DNA from: Candidatus Woesearchaeota archaeon
Lineage (GTDB): Archaea; Nanobdellota; Nanobdellia; Woesearchaeales; 21-14-0-10-32-9
DNA length: 62,746 bases
NCBI GenBank assembly: GCA_021735165.1
Contig: JAIPHP010000004.1
Coordinates: 1 to 62,746, forward strand
Reading direction: 5' to 3'
Each line of letters begins with the position of its first letter. The stretch's first letter is position 1. This document shows, in pieces, positions 9,381 through 18,067 of this stretch. The notes below the pieces were generated by a model. It was given only the letters and a program-made list of their open reading frames with translations. It was not told where the DNA came from and did no database searches. The translations under genes were made by a program, and so were the position numbers.

Positions 9381-10637
9381 TTATTTTGTCTTTAGCCATG
9401 CAACTTCTTCATCTGTTAAGTCTAGGTATTTTGATATTTTGTTTGCTTCTTCTTTGTTTTTCTTAAAGATTGCTTGCAAGAATGGAACTGTGCTGTAAAA
9501 CGCGTCTTTTTGACTTGTGTGCGTTTTTTGTGCTAGTTTTTGTGCTATTCCTTTTTTCTTTGCATTCGCATTATTTATTATCCATATTTTTAATAGTTTA
9601 GAAGATGGTTTGAATTTTGAGATTTTTGTTAGTTTTTCTTTTTTACTTAATGCTATTCCAGCGCTTAGCAGTTGATAGCAATATACGTAGAATCTATAAT
9701 ATTGCCATCTCCTTATTCTTCCAAAGAAAACGTTTGCTAAACTTAAATTTTGAAAAGCATTGTTCATTGTTTCTGGTTCTAAATATTGTTTTGGTATATT
9801 TTCTTCTACCCATAAAAATATTTTATCTAGGTCTTCTTCTATTTCATCGTATGCAGACAATGCAATTTCAGGGTTTGTTGTTTTGAAAATTAGTGTTAAT
9901 GCATCTTCTATTTTTTGCGTGTTTTTTCTTTGAGAAATTTCTTGTAAGTCTTTCATTTCTATTTTTTGTTTTCCTGTGCTTATTGTTTGTAAATCATTTA
10001 TGGCAGCCCTTATATCTCCGTCTGATGTTCTTGCTAGTTGTTTTAGTGCGCAATCTTCATATTTTATTTGCTCTTCTTTGCAAATTTTTTCTAAAACTTG
10101 TTTTATTTCGGATATTTCTGGTGTTTTGTATTCTATTAGTTCGCATTCTTTTCTTAGGGCTTTTACTTTGTCAGAATATGCGTCTTGTCCTATTATTATT
10201 ACGGGAAAGGAAGATTCTTTTATTATTTTGATTATTGATTGTATTCCCCCTCTGTCTTTCATTCCTGAAATTCCTTCTATTTCATCTATAAGTATTATTT
10301 TTTTTGTTCCAAACAGACTCATTTGTTTACTTGCACTTCCAAGTATTGATTCTATTGCGTCTTTATTTCGTGTATCTGATGCATTTAGTTCTATTAATTC
10401 GTAGTTTTCTTGACCCGCTAATGCGTATACTGAAGAGGTTTTTCCGTTTCCTCTACCTCCATATAAAAATATGCCTTTTTTTCCTTTTTTGTGTAGATTT
10501 ATTGCTTGTTTTAATTTATTTATTTGTATCGTTTGGCCTATAACAGAACTTGTTTTATTTGGTAAATATTTTTTTATCCATGGCACGTTTTTGTTCATGA
10601 TGTTAGAGTGTTTCTTGTATTTATATGTTTTATTCAA
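9381..10637 (-). CDS. rfcL: Replication factor C large subunit
   Basis: PWIKKYLP, Walker A GGRGNGKTS, IELNASDTRN, Walker B ILIDEIEG, GDIRAAINDLQ. Confidence 0.93.
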   Translation of the reverse strand: MNKTYKYKKHSNIMNKNVPWIKKYLPNKTSSVIGQTIQINKLKQAINLHKKGKKGIFLYGGRGNGKTSSVYALAGQENYELIELNASDTRNKDAIESILGSASKQMSLFGTKKIILIDEIEGISGMKDRGGIQSIIKIIKESSFPVIIIGQDAYSDKVKALRKECELIEYKTPEISEIKQVLEKICKEEQIKYEDCALKQLARTSDGDIRAAINDLQTISTGKQKIEMKDLQEISQRKNTQKIEDALTLIFKTTNPEIALSAYDEIEEDLDKIFLWVEENIPKQYLEPETMNNAFQNLSLANVFFGRIRRWQYYRFYVYCYQLLSAGIALSKKEKLTKISKFKPSSKLLKIWIINNANAKKKGIAQKLAQKTHTSQKDAFYSTVPFLQAIFKKNKEEANKISKYLDLTDEEVAWLKTK

Positions 10638-11142
10638 AGTTTAATGTCAGTTGTTCTTCTTGTTCTTTTTTTAATAAATTGTATAGATCGTTTGTTTCTA
10701 CTAAAACTTTGTTTAGTTTATTGTATTTTATGTTATGTATTAGTTCTATTTTTTCTTTTTTTATGTTTTTGTATGATTCAAAGTCGGGATTTACTGAGTC
10801 AAATAAGTATTGATTGTATTGTGATAAAGGTTTTTTTGAGAATGTTTCTGTCATGTCTGCTTGTTTTGAAATTAGGTTTAATATTAATAGCTTGTGATAA
10901 AATGTTTCTATCGCGAATTTTTTTAGATCGCTATGTTCAGGACATATTATCGAAGAAATGTTTATTATTTCGTTTATTACTTTCTTTTGATTTAATTGGG
11001 AGCGCGAATAGTATTCTTTTAGTAGCTTTTTTCCATCATTTTTTTTCAGTTGTTCCTCTTTATAAAAGAAGAAGTAATATGGGACTAAATCGACATCAAC
11101 CATCTCGTTTTTTATAATCATCATTGAGTGGGAAAAAGACAA
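10630..11142 (-). CDS. Hypothetical protein ending in clamp-motif-like EQLTLNFE
   Basis: ORF overlapping the annotated start of rfcL and co-oriented with it; probable start ATG 11103; helical and K/E-rich. Confidence 0.6.
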   Translation of the reverse strand: MSFSHSMMIIKNEMVDVDLVPYYFFFYKEEQLKKNDGKKLLKEYYSRSQLNQKKVINEIINISSIICPEHSDLKKFAIETFYHKLLILNLISKQADMTETFSKKPLSQYNQYLFDSVNPDFESYKNIKKEKIELIHNIKYNKLNKVLVETNDLYNLLKKEQEEQLTLNFE

Positions 11143-12755
11143 ATATATTTAAATTTGGCTGTTTTTCTAGGAAAATAATGAGAGATTTTATAGGGGGTTT
11201 GAGGAAATTACAAAAAGAAGGAGTGTTTGAAAATGTTAAAGTTGATGAATTAAGACTTGTTATTTCAAATAAGGGCATCAATATCCCCACAATCTATAAA
11301 GATAATTTAAAAAAAAGTGCGGACTTAGACAAAGACGATAAACCCAATAAAACAAGTTTTTCTAGGATTTTGAAAGATTTATCTGATATTTGTAAAATTT
11401 ATTTTAAAGAAGAATATTCTGGTCTTGTTTCTTCTTTGAATTATAATTCTGAAATTATTTTTGATAGTTCTGGTTTTTTACCTGGAGATTATTTGACTAG
11501 AAATTTTTTATTATCTCAAAATGTGAAAATTGAAGAGCTTTTAAATTATGGATTAGTAAAAAAAGTCGATGATTCTAATTATTTAAAAGATTACCTTTGT
11601 GTTGCAGATAATTCGTTAGTATTTACTGCAAAAAATTTCGAGAACAAAATAACAGGTTTTGTTTTAGAGACTGCAAACAGCGATTTGATCGAAATAAAAA
11701 ATCCTAAAAATGTAAATAATTTGATTTTGGGTCTTGATTTAATTGCGCCAAATGTTGATTCTAAATCTATTTATTTAGCGAGCAGTCCTAGTGACATGCT
11801 TAATTTGCAATCAGAAAAGAAACTGAGTATTTATTCAAAAAAAATTAATAATGACTTGTTAAATTTGTTAGATTCATTGCCTGATTTAAGACGTGTTGTT
11901 ATTAGCTATGACAAAAGAGCCAACAAATATTCAGAAAACGAATTAGGTGACAAAATAAAAAAAATATTGGTGTCAAGTAATAAGATATTAAGATTGAAAA
12001 ATGTAAATGAAAAAAAAGAAGAGTCTTTAGTATCTTTTTATTTGAAAAAAGATAGTTTGTCAAATAAAAGCGATTTGGATGAGTTAAGCTATGAATGGAA
12101 AAAGATCTCTAAATTACTAGTTAATTCTGATATTAGTCTTCAGTTAAGTTATTTAAATGAGTTTTCTAAAAGAACAGGTATTTCAAAAGACATACTTTTA
12201 TCAAGTCAACCAGATATAATTTTTAGTGAAACCGCAAAAGAAGAATCCGCGTGGCTTAATAATCAAGCAAACAAGAGTTATATTTTTGCTAATTATTTAA
12301 GTTTGCTCTTTTGTCAGAGTCAGGACATAGTAAAATCTTATTTGAAAGAAATACCTTCTAAAATGATATTGGAAAACAAACACCTTTTTTCTGAGCAGCA
12401 TACTAAATTATATTCTTTGTTAGAAGAAAATATTGATAATACTCATTTGATAAATTTCTTTCCGTTAAGAAAAATTAAAGGAAAATCTAAATCGTCGTAT
12501 CCTAATAAAGGAGAATATTATCATACATTACAAGGTCAACAGATTTATGAGGAATTATATAAAAATAGGCATGGTTCTAATAGTTTCCCTAGTGATGTCT
12601 TTGATATGTTAACAAAACCAATTAGTGATTTTGAGAAAATTAGTGTTTATGCAAATGAGATAAAAAACATTTTGCATGAAAATAATTATAAACGTAATAT
12701 TAATCAACACATATTATCTGTTTTTTTTGATAAAAAAACTCGTGTTGAAAATTAA
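11124..12755 (+). CDS. Degenerate bacterial-type DnaG primase homolog (catalytic acidic residues lost)
   Basis: Colinear resemblance to bacterial DnaG: GFLPG...EELLNYGLVKK (cf. GYAP...EEL..AGL), LVFTAKNFENKITGF (cf. IMFPI.D..G.VIGF), LILGLD (cf. LYGL), IYLASSPSDML (cf. IVEGYMDV), ISYDKR (cf. CFDGD), YLNEFSKRTGIS helical bundle. Confidence 0.65.
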   Translation: MSGKKTNIFKFGCFSRKIMRDFIGGLRKLQKEGVFENVKVDELRLVISNKGINIPTIYKDNLKKSADLDKDDKPNKTSFSRILKDLSDICKIYFKEEYSGLVSSLNYNSEIIFDSSGFLPGDYLTRNFLLSQNVKIEELLNYGLVKKVDDSNYLKDYLCVADNSLVFTAKNFENKITGFVLETANSDLIEIKNPKNVNNLILGLDLIAPNVDSKSIYLASSPSDMLNLQSEKKLSIYSKKINNDLLNLLDSLPDLRRVVISYDKRANKYSENELGDKIKKILVSSNKILRLKNVNEKKEESLVSFYLKKDSLSNKSDLDELSYEWKKISKLLVNSDISLQLSYLNEFSKRTGISKDILLSSQPDIIFSETAKEESAWLNNQANKSYIFANYLSLLFCQSQDIVKSYLKEIPSKMILENKHLFSEQHTKLYSLLEENIDNTHLINFFPLRKIKGKSKSSYPNKGEYYHTLQGQQIYEELYKNRHGSNSFPSDVFDMLTKPISDFEKISVYANEIKNILHENNYKRNINQHILSVFFDKKTRVEN

Positions 12756-12774
12756 ATTAACAATGTGATAACTT

Positions 12775-15000
12775 ATGAAAGAAAAATTGGTTAAATTTAT
12801 AGAACGTTCGGGAGGTATTGAAGAATTAATTAAAAAAAAAGAAGCTTTTAAGATCCCTTTAAAATCTAATACCACAATTTTTCCTTTTGATGAAGTTAAA
12901 GAAAAATTAAATAATTTTTTTGAAATCTATAAAGATAGTCCTCCTTCTACTTTAGAAGAAACTAAACGTTTGATGAATTTAAACAATAATGGCTTTCATT
13001 TAGCTAGTCAAGTAGAGTTTTGGGCAGAACTTATTGAAGGCAAAAGAACGTTTGGCAAAGGCATGAACATTTTCGGTTATGATTTTGGTTTTAGACTTAG
13101 AGAAGCTGATGTTGTTAAAATTATAAGAGACAACATAAGCATAGATTATTTGATAGAAGTGCATAACAATATTAAGTATCCTTTATCATTTAAAGATTTA
13201 ATAAAAGATGATTCTAAGAAAGCAATTAGAGCAAAAAATTATATTAAAAACAACAACAACATCAATATACGCAGCATTTTAGATAAGTCATTTCCCGAAA
13301 TTGTTGGTTTGACTGGTAAAACTGCTTATGAAATTTTGTATGATTTAGTTTCATTTGATGAAGCTAGAGACGAATTAAAAGACAGATTGTATTCTGGAGA
13401 AAAACTTGATAAGAATCATTTAAGAAACGACATATTTGGCAGGAAGATTTTTAATTTTTTATCTAGAAAAAAAGTTGAAATTTTAAAGAATGGAAAAAAA
13501 GTTGTTTTGACAAGACCAAGTGATTTAATCGCGTACACAATAAGTCCTCTCTTGAGCGGTCACGATATTGTTCCTGACAAACCAGGCACTATAAAGAGTG
13601 CTGCAACTTTACTTGAAAAATTAATAACTTTTTCTTTTTCAATAATTAGTAAATATGACCCTGAGTTGTCAAATTTTTCCGAGCTTAAAAATTTTGGTGG
13701 TTCTTTGAACAAAGTTTTTACTAGTTATGGTAAGCGAGCTTTAAATTTAGGCGTTAAGAAAATTTATCCAAAAAATTTATTTAGTAAAGAATGCAGAGAA
13801 AAAATAGAAAGAGTTGTCCCGGATGGAAGATTGGTTTTTGACGATTCTGAGGATATGTTGGAAATTAAAACTGCGCAGTACATATTTAAAAATGATTTTT
13901 ATGAGTCTGTTTCTAAGTTTAATAATTTTAAATATTGGTCGGATGGAAAAAGCATAGGTAAAAAAATACTTTTTGTTAATAATGCTAATGGAGATAAAGA
14001 AAGCATCATTTATCTTTGTAATAGAAATAATTGGAAGATTATTTTCGGAGATGATTTTCTTGAAACATATAATAAAAGTATTGATTTGCTTTTTGAAAAA
14101 GATGATGACTTTCATAGGATTTCAGTTATGAATGATAAGGAGACATTAAAAAAAGCGTATGACTCTCTTCTGAGCGTTCCTCATATTGAAATGAGAAGAC
14201 CTAATAAGTATAAATTGAAAAAGACAAGTGAACTTATTGAAAAAAACATTAAGTATTTGAAAGGTTTTGAAAAGATTAGCAAAACAAGAATAAAAAGATA
14301 TTGCGAATTAACAAAATTCAAATTGTCAGATTTTTCAAGTTTTTATGACCATGATTTATTTGATGATTCTTTTTCTAGGAAGGATATGAAAGGCGTTGTT
14401 TTTTATGATAGTGAAACAACAGGTTTTTTGAATCAGGGGTCTCTTATTGTGGCGCATTCCATTGCTAAGCTTTATGGAAATGATGTTTTTGCTTATGTTT
14501 ATTTTGTGAAAAATCCATATAATGAAAAGTTAATTCTTAAAAAAACAAATAAAAAATTAAAATCTGCTAAGAAAATTGTAACATTTAATGGGAATGTCTT
14601 TGATGATAAATTATATGCTAAGCGAAATTATATGAATTTGCTTAGAGAAGGAGAGTCAATTTCTAAAAAAGATCATTTAGATCTTAGAAAACTTTATTGG
14701 AAAACCTTTAGCGAACTTAAGGGTTATGCTTCGGGTAGTGTTCAAGATTATGAGCGTGGAATACTCGGGGCGATTAGAAGTACTTTTTTTAAAGAAAATG
14801 AAATGTCTGGCAAAGATGTGCCTTTAAATTATGGTGCGTATTTGCTTGGAGAGAAACATGAGGATTTGAAACATATGTTTTTGCATACTGCTTTGGATGT
14901 TTTTACTTTAGCTTATATGTATAAAGATTTTTTAAATTATGATTCTGATTTAGTTAAGAAAAACAAAATTGTTGAAGAGCAGCTCGAATTAGGTTTATGA
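12775..15000 (+). CDS. Large nuclease: PD-(D/E)xK-like domain plus C-terminal RNase H-like DEDD (YprB/RNase_H_2-type) exonuclease
   Basis: VPDGRLVFDDSEDMLEIKT motif; ExoI FYDSETTG, ExoII TFNGNVFD, HLDL, ExoIII HTALDV; ends EEQLELGL. Confidence 0.75.
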   Translation: MKEKLVKFIERSGGIEELIKKKEAFKIPLKSNTTIFPFDEVKEKLNNFFEIYKDSPPSTLEETKRLMNLNNNGFHLASQVEFWAELIEGKRTFGKGMNIFGYDFGFRLREADVVKIIRDNISIDYLIEVHNNIKYPLSFKDLIKDDSKKAIRAKNYIKNNNNINIRSILDKSFPEIVGLTGKTAYEILYDLVSFDEARDELKDRLYSGEKLDKNHLRNDIFGRKIFNFLSRKKVEILKNGKKVVLTRPSDLIAYTISPLLSGHDIVPDKPGTIKSAATLLEKLITFSFSIISKYDPELSNFSELKNFGGSLNKVFTSYGKRALNLGVKKIYPKNLFSKECREKIERVVPDGRLVFDDSEDMLEIKTAQYIFKNDFYESVSKFNNFKYWSDGKSIGKKILFVNNANGDKESIIYLCNRNNWKIIFGDDFLETYNKSIDLLFEKDDDFHRISVMNDKETLKKAYDSLLSVPHIEMRRPNKYKLKKTSELIEKNIKYLKGFEKISKTRIKRYCELTKFKLSDFSSFYDHDLFDDSFSRKDMKGVVFYDSETTGFLNQGSLIVAHSIAKLYGNDVFAYVYFVKNPYNEKLILKKTNKKLKSAKKIVTFNGNVFDDKLYAKRNYMNLLREGESISKKDHLDLRKLYWKTFSELKGYASGSVQDYERGILGAIRSTFFKENEMSGKDVPLNYGAYLLGEKHEDLKHMFLHTALDVFTLAYMYKDFLNYDSDLVKKNKIVEEQLELGL

Positions 15001-15087
15001 ATGGAATTTTAAAGTTAAATGTGGTGATTTGTTTCATTTCCTTTGTTTTTATCATAAAGAATTATCTTCTATATAGTATTTAATTAA

Positions 15088-16752
15088 ATGATAACCTTTT
15101 TATTTAAACAGAAATTAACACCATTTATGAATGAAGACAAAGAAGATAATCTTCTAAGCATCCGTGTTGATGAAACTAATAAATCCTTAAAAATGCCGCC
15201 TGCGTCCGAAGAAGCTGAAAAAAGACTTCTTGCAGGAATATTGGTTGATAATAAAAATTTAGATGCAATTATTGAAGAAAATATTCTAAAACCTGAACAT
15301 TTTTACAAAAAACAAAACAAAATGGTATATGCTGCTATGCTTGAAATTCATGAACATAATGCTACGGCAATAAAAGAAAAAAAAATTCAAATAGATGAGA
15401 TATCAATCTATGAACTTCTTAATAAAAAACAAAATATTTCAGAAGTAGGCGGCGCAGAATATTTGTCTAAATTATCTGAGATAAGTTTTTCCGGTGCCAA
15501 TACCAATTATTATTCTGCGCTTATTTATGAAAAATGGATTCGCAGACAAACTGTCGTTGCTTGTCTTAAAGCAAGTGAAGAGGCATATGAAAATGTCAAA
15601 GACACATTCGAGATTTTGCAGCAGACAATTAATAGACTTGCAAGATTGGCATCTGTACCTGAAAGAAACACAACATCTATTGATTCTGCCATAAAAGAAG
15701 TTAAAAATATTTACATAAATACAAAAAAAAGAAACGGAAATCCTGCCCTTTTAACAGGGTACCCTAAACTAGACTTATTAACTTATGGTTTAGCAGGAAA
15801 TTATATAACTTTAGTGCCTGCTGCAACAAAAATGGGAAAAACAACGTTTGCTTTAAACGTCGCAAAAAATGTTGCCGAGCTCAACAACAAAAGGGTTTTG
15901 TATATATCGCTTGAAGAAAATAAAAGACAAGACGCAATTAAAATTCTTTCAAGTATTTCAGGAGTTGATTCTTCTAAGTTTCATTTATATGAAGAATTGT
16001 CAAAAGAAGAAGATGAATTGTTATTAGATTCTTTTGAAAAAGGCAGTGATTTAAAAATCGATTTTTATGATGGAGATCCTAATACTGAAAACATATTAAA
16101 CGCGGTTGATCAGGAATTTGCGTTACATGATGATGTCTGTCTTGTTATTATTGATGTATTACAAGGGCATCCTGTAAGTGTAGATAATTTGCATTATAAA
16201 CCCGCTATTTATGGTAATTTTATTAGAAGTATTAAACAAGATATTGCCAAACATTATGACACGCATGTCCTTTTGACGTCTCAAGTAAAAGAGGAAGTTT
16301 CTACAGACATAAGAAAATATCCGGATTTTAGACCTAAAAGTATTTCAGACATCAAAGATGTGGAAGCAGGAATTGCAGATACTGTTAATAATGTTATTTT
16401 TTTATATAGGCCTAATCATTATTTTAAAGAAAAAGTTAATTTAGATGGAAATTATAGGAATCTAATTGATTTTCAATGTGAGTCAATTGATAAAGCAATA
16501 GAACACTATAGGTATTCTAAAAAACAAGATAAGGAAGCTAAAATAGATAATTTAAAAAAATCTAGAATATATAGATATAGAGAGGCTTTGAAAGAAAAAG
16601 AGGACGGTCTTAAAATCCCTCATTATATGTATAAACCTGAATTCAAAGATGCTATTCAGTTAATTCCTGTTCTTTCTAATATAGCCAGTACCGAGACTGC
16701 TTCTTTCATGCTCAAGTTTTATGGCAATACGAGCAGATTGAGTAATCCTTAA
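15088..16752 (+). CDS. Bacterial-type DnaB-like helicase/ATPase, divergent
   Basis: N-domain PPASEEAEKRLLAGIL; TGYPKLD, Walker A ATKMGKTT, ISLEE, Walker B VIIDVLQ, LTSQ, VIFLYR; probable start ATG 15127. Confidence 0.88.
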   Translation: MITFLFKQKLTPFMNEDKEDNLLSIRVDETNKSLKMPPASEEAEKRLLAGILVDNKNLDAIIEENILKPEHFYKKQNKMVYAAMLEIHEHNATAIKEKKIQIDEISIYELLNKKQNISEVGGAEYLSKLSEISFSGANTNYYSALIYEKWIRRQTVVACLKASEEAYENVKDTFEILQQTINRLARLASVPERNTTSIDSAIKEVKNIYINTKKRNGNPALLTGYPKLDLLTYGLAGNYITLVPAATKMGKTTFALNVAKNVAELNNKRVLYISLEENKRQDAIKILSSISGVDSSKFHLYEELSKEEDELLLDSFEKGSDLKIDFYDGDPNTENILNAVDQEFALHDDVCLVIIDVLQGHPVSVDNLHYKPAIYGNFIRSIKQDIAKHYDTHVLLTSQVKEEVSTDIRKYPDFRPKSISDIKDVEAGIADTVNNVIFLYRPNHYFKEKVNLDGNYRNLIDFQCESIDKAIEHYRYSKKQDKEAKIDNLKKSRIYRYREALKEKEDGLKIPHYMYKPEFKDAIQLIPVLSNIASTETASFMLKFYGNTSRLSNP

Positions 16753-18053
16753 TTGTTTTTTATTTCAGAAATTATTTTTTCTATTTCATAAACGCCAAGT
16801 CTTGGAGCGTCTAGGAATCCATTCCATGCTTTTCTAGCATAAAATCCATTGGCGAGTCCTTCTTCTATCCAGTCAGCTGCGAATTCAGGTTTTAATTGAT
16901 CTATTCCTGCACCTATAAAATGCAACCAATTTTTATTGTATATTTCATGGGCACCTATAGGAGGACTTAATAATAAAGGTATTCCTAAAGCGCAGTAAAA
17001 TGATAATTCGGATGGCTTTGTCCACAGGATGTCTGTTTTGTTTAATTGTTCATTAAATTTTTTAAAATAGTCTTTTTTTGTTAATTCAAATATTATGTGA
17101 ACATTTTTATTAAAGGTTTCTGCAAGTCCTATTTCTTTTATTTTTTCTTCAAAGTATTGTTTTACATCCAGATGTGTTCCTGCAACAAGGCATAACTTCA
17201 TTTCTCCTAATAATATTTTGTTTTTCAAGCTTTTTATTATTTTTGTAGCTAGTTTTTTTTGTGCTCCCGCACCACCCACAACGTATGTTATCATTATCGG
17301 TTCTGGTTTTTTTTCTAGGTTAAATTCTTTTCCCAAAACTTTTTTTAATGCGGGTTTATGTGTGTTTAAGAAGTGTTTATTAGGATCTAAGTTTATTAGT
17401 CTTCTGGATAGTGCTTTTTTTGTTATTGGACTTTCAGTTCCTCCAATACATTCTTTTGGCAGAGGAAATCCTGTGAGATAAATGTTTTTTTTGGGAACAC
17501 CATACATTTCTAGTCTTTTGTATGCATGATTGCAGGGCACGAAATATTTTATGCTTGTTTCTTTGCTTTTTAGTGGAACCCATATTCTGTTTAGATCAGT
17601 ATCGCATATTATACAGTATGTATTTGGTAGTTTGTGGTGGTTTGCAGCTATTGCAGTTATGAAAAACGTGTGGATGCTTGGAAGGTTTGATTTTTTTATG
17701 TATTCTATTAATCCTTTTGATAGTCCTTTTTGTATCTTTTTTTGTAGATACCATGTTGGAAACGTTGGCAAGGAATCTTCCCTTAGAGGATAGTACGGAT
17801 TTATTTTTTGTGCTGCTAATAATAATTTCATACTTAATTTGCCTATTATTGGAAGCTGACTCATTTTGCTTATTGATTCATAAAATATTCTTGCTTTTCG
17901 CCAAGATTTTTTTTCTTCTTCACTTATTATTTTATCTGAATTTGCAGTTATGATTCTTTCATTTGCTATGTCTTTTAAGGGGTATGCAGCGCGTTGGTGT
18001 CCATATCCCATGTCCGCAGATATTATCCATGATTTTTTTGTTTGTTTTTTCAT
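16749..18053 (-). CDS. GT-B glycosyltransferase-like protein (MGDG-synthase-like, DUF6938-type)
   Basis: SADMGYGHQRAA N-terminal loop, ICDTD, VGGAGAQ, ILWTKPSEL. Confidence 0.7.
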   Translation of the reverse strand: MKKQTKKSWIISADMGYGHQRAAYPLKDIANERIITANSDKIISEEEKKSWRKARIFYESISKMSQLPIIGKLSMKLLLAAQKINPYYPLREDSLPTFPTWYLQKKIQKGLSKGLIEYIKKSNLPSIHTFFITAIAANHHKLPNTYCIICDTDLNRIWVPLKSKETSIKYFVPCNHAYKRLEMYGVPKKNIYLTGFPLPKECIGGTESPITKKALSRRLINLDPNKHFLNTHKPALKKVLGKEFNLEKKPEPIMITYVVGGAGAQKKLATKIIKSLKNKILLGEMKLCLVAGTHLDVKQYFEEKIKEIGLAETFNKNVHIIFELTKKDYFKKFNEQLNKTDILWTKPSELSFYCALGIPLLLSPPIGAHEIYNKNWLHFIGAGIDQLKPEFAADWIEEGLANGFYARKAWNGFLDAPRLGVYEIEKIISEIKNN

Positions 18054-18067
18054 TTTTTGTTTTATTA

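Noticed and set aside
10630-16752. Intact provirus or plasmid replicon
   Set aside because: No integrase, att-like repeats, tRNA junction or structural genes; the primase is catalytically dead and strand composition follows the flanking chromosome.
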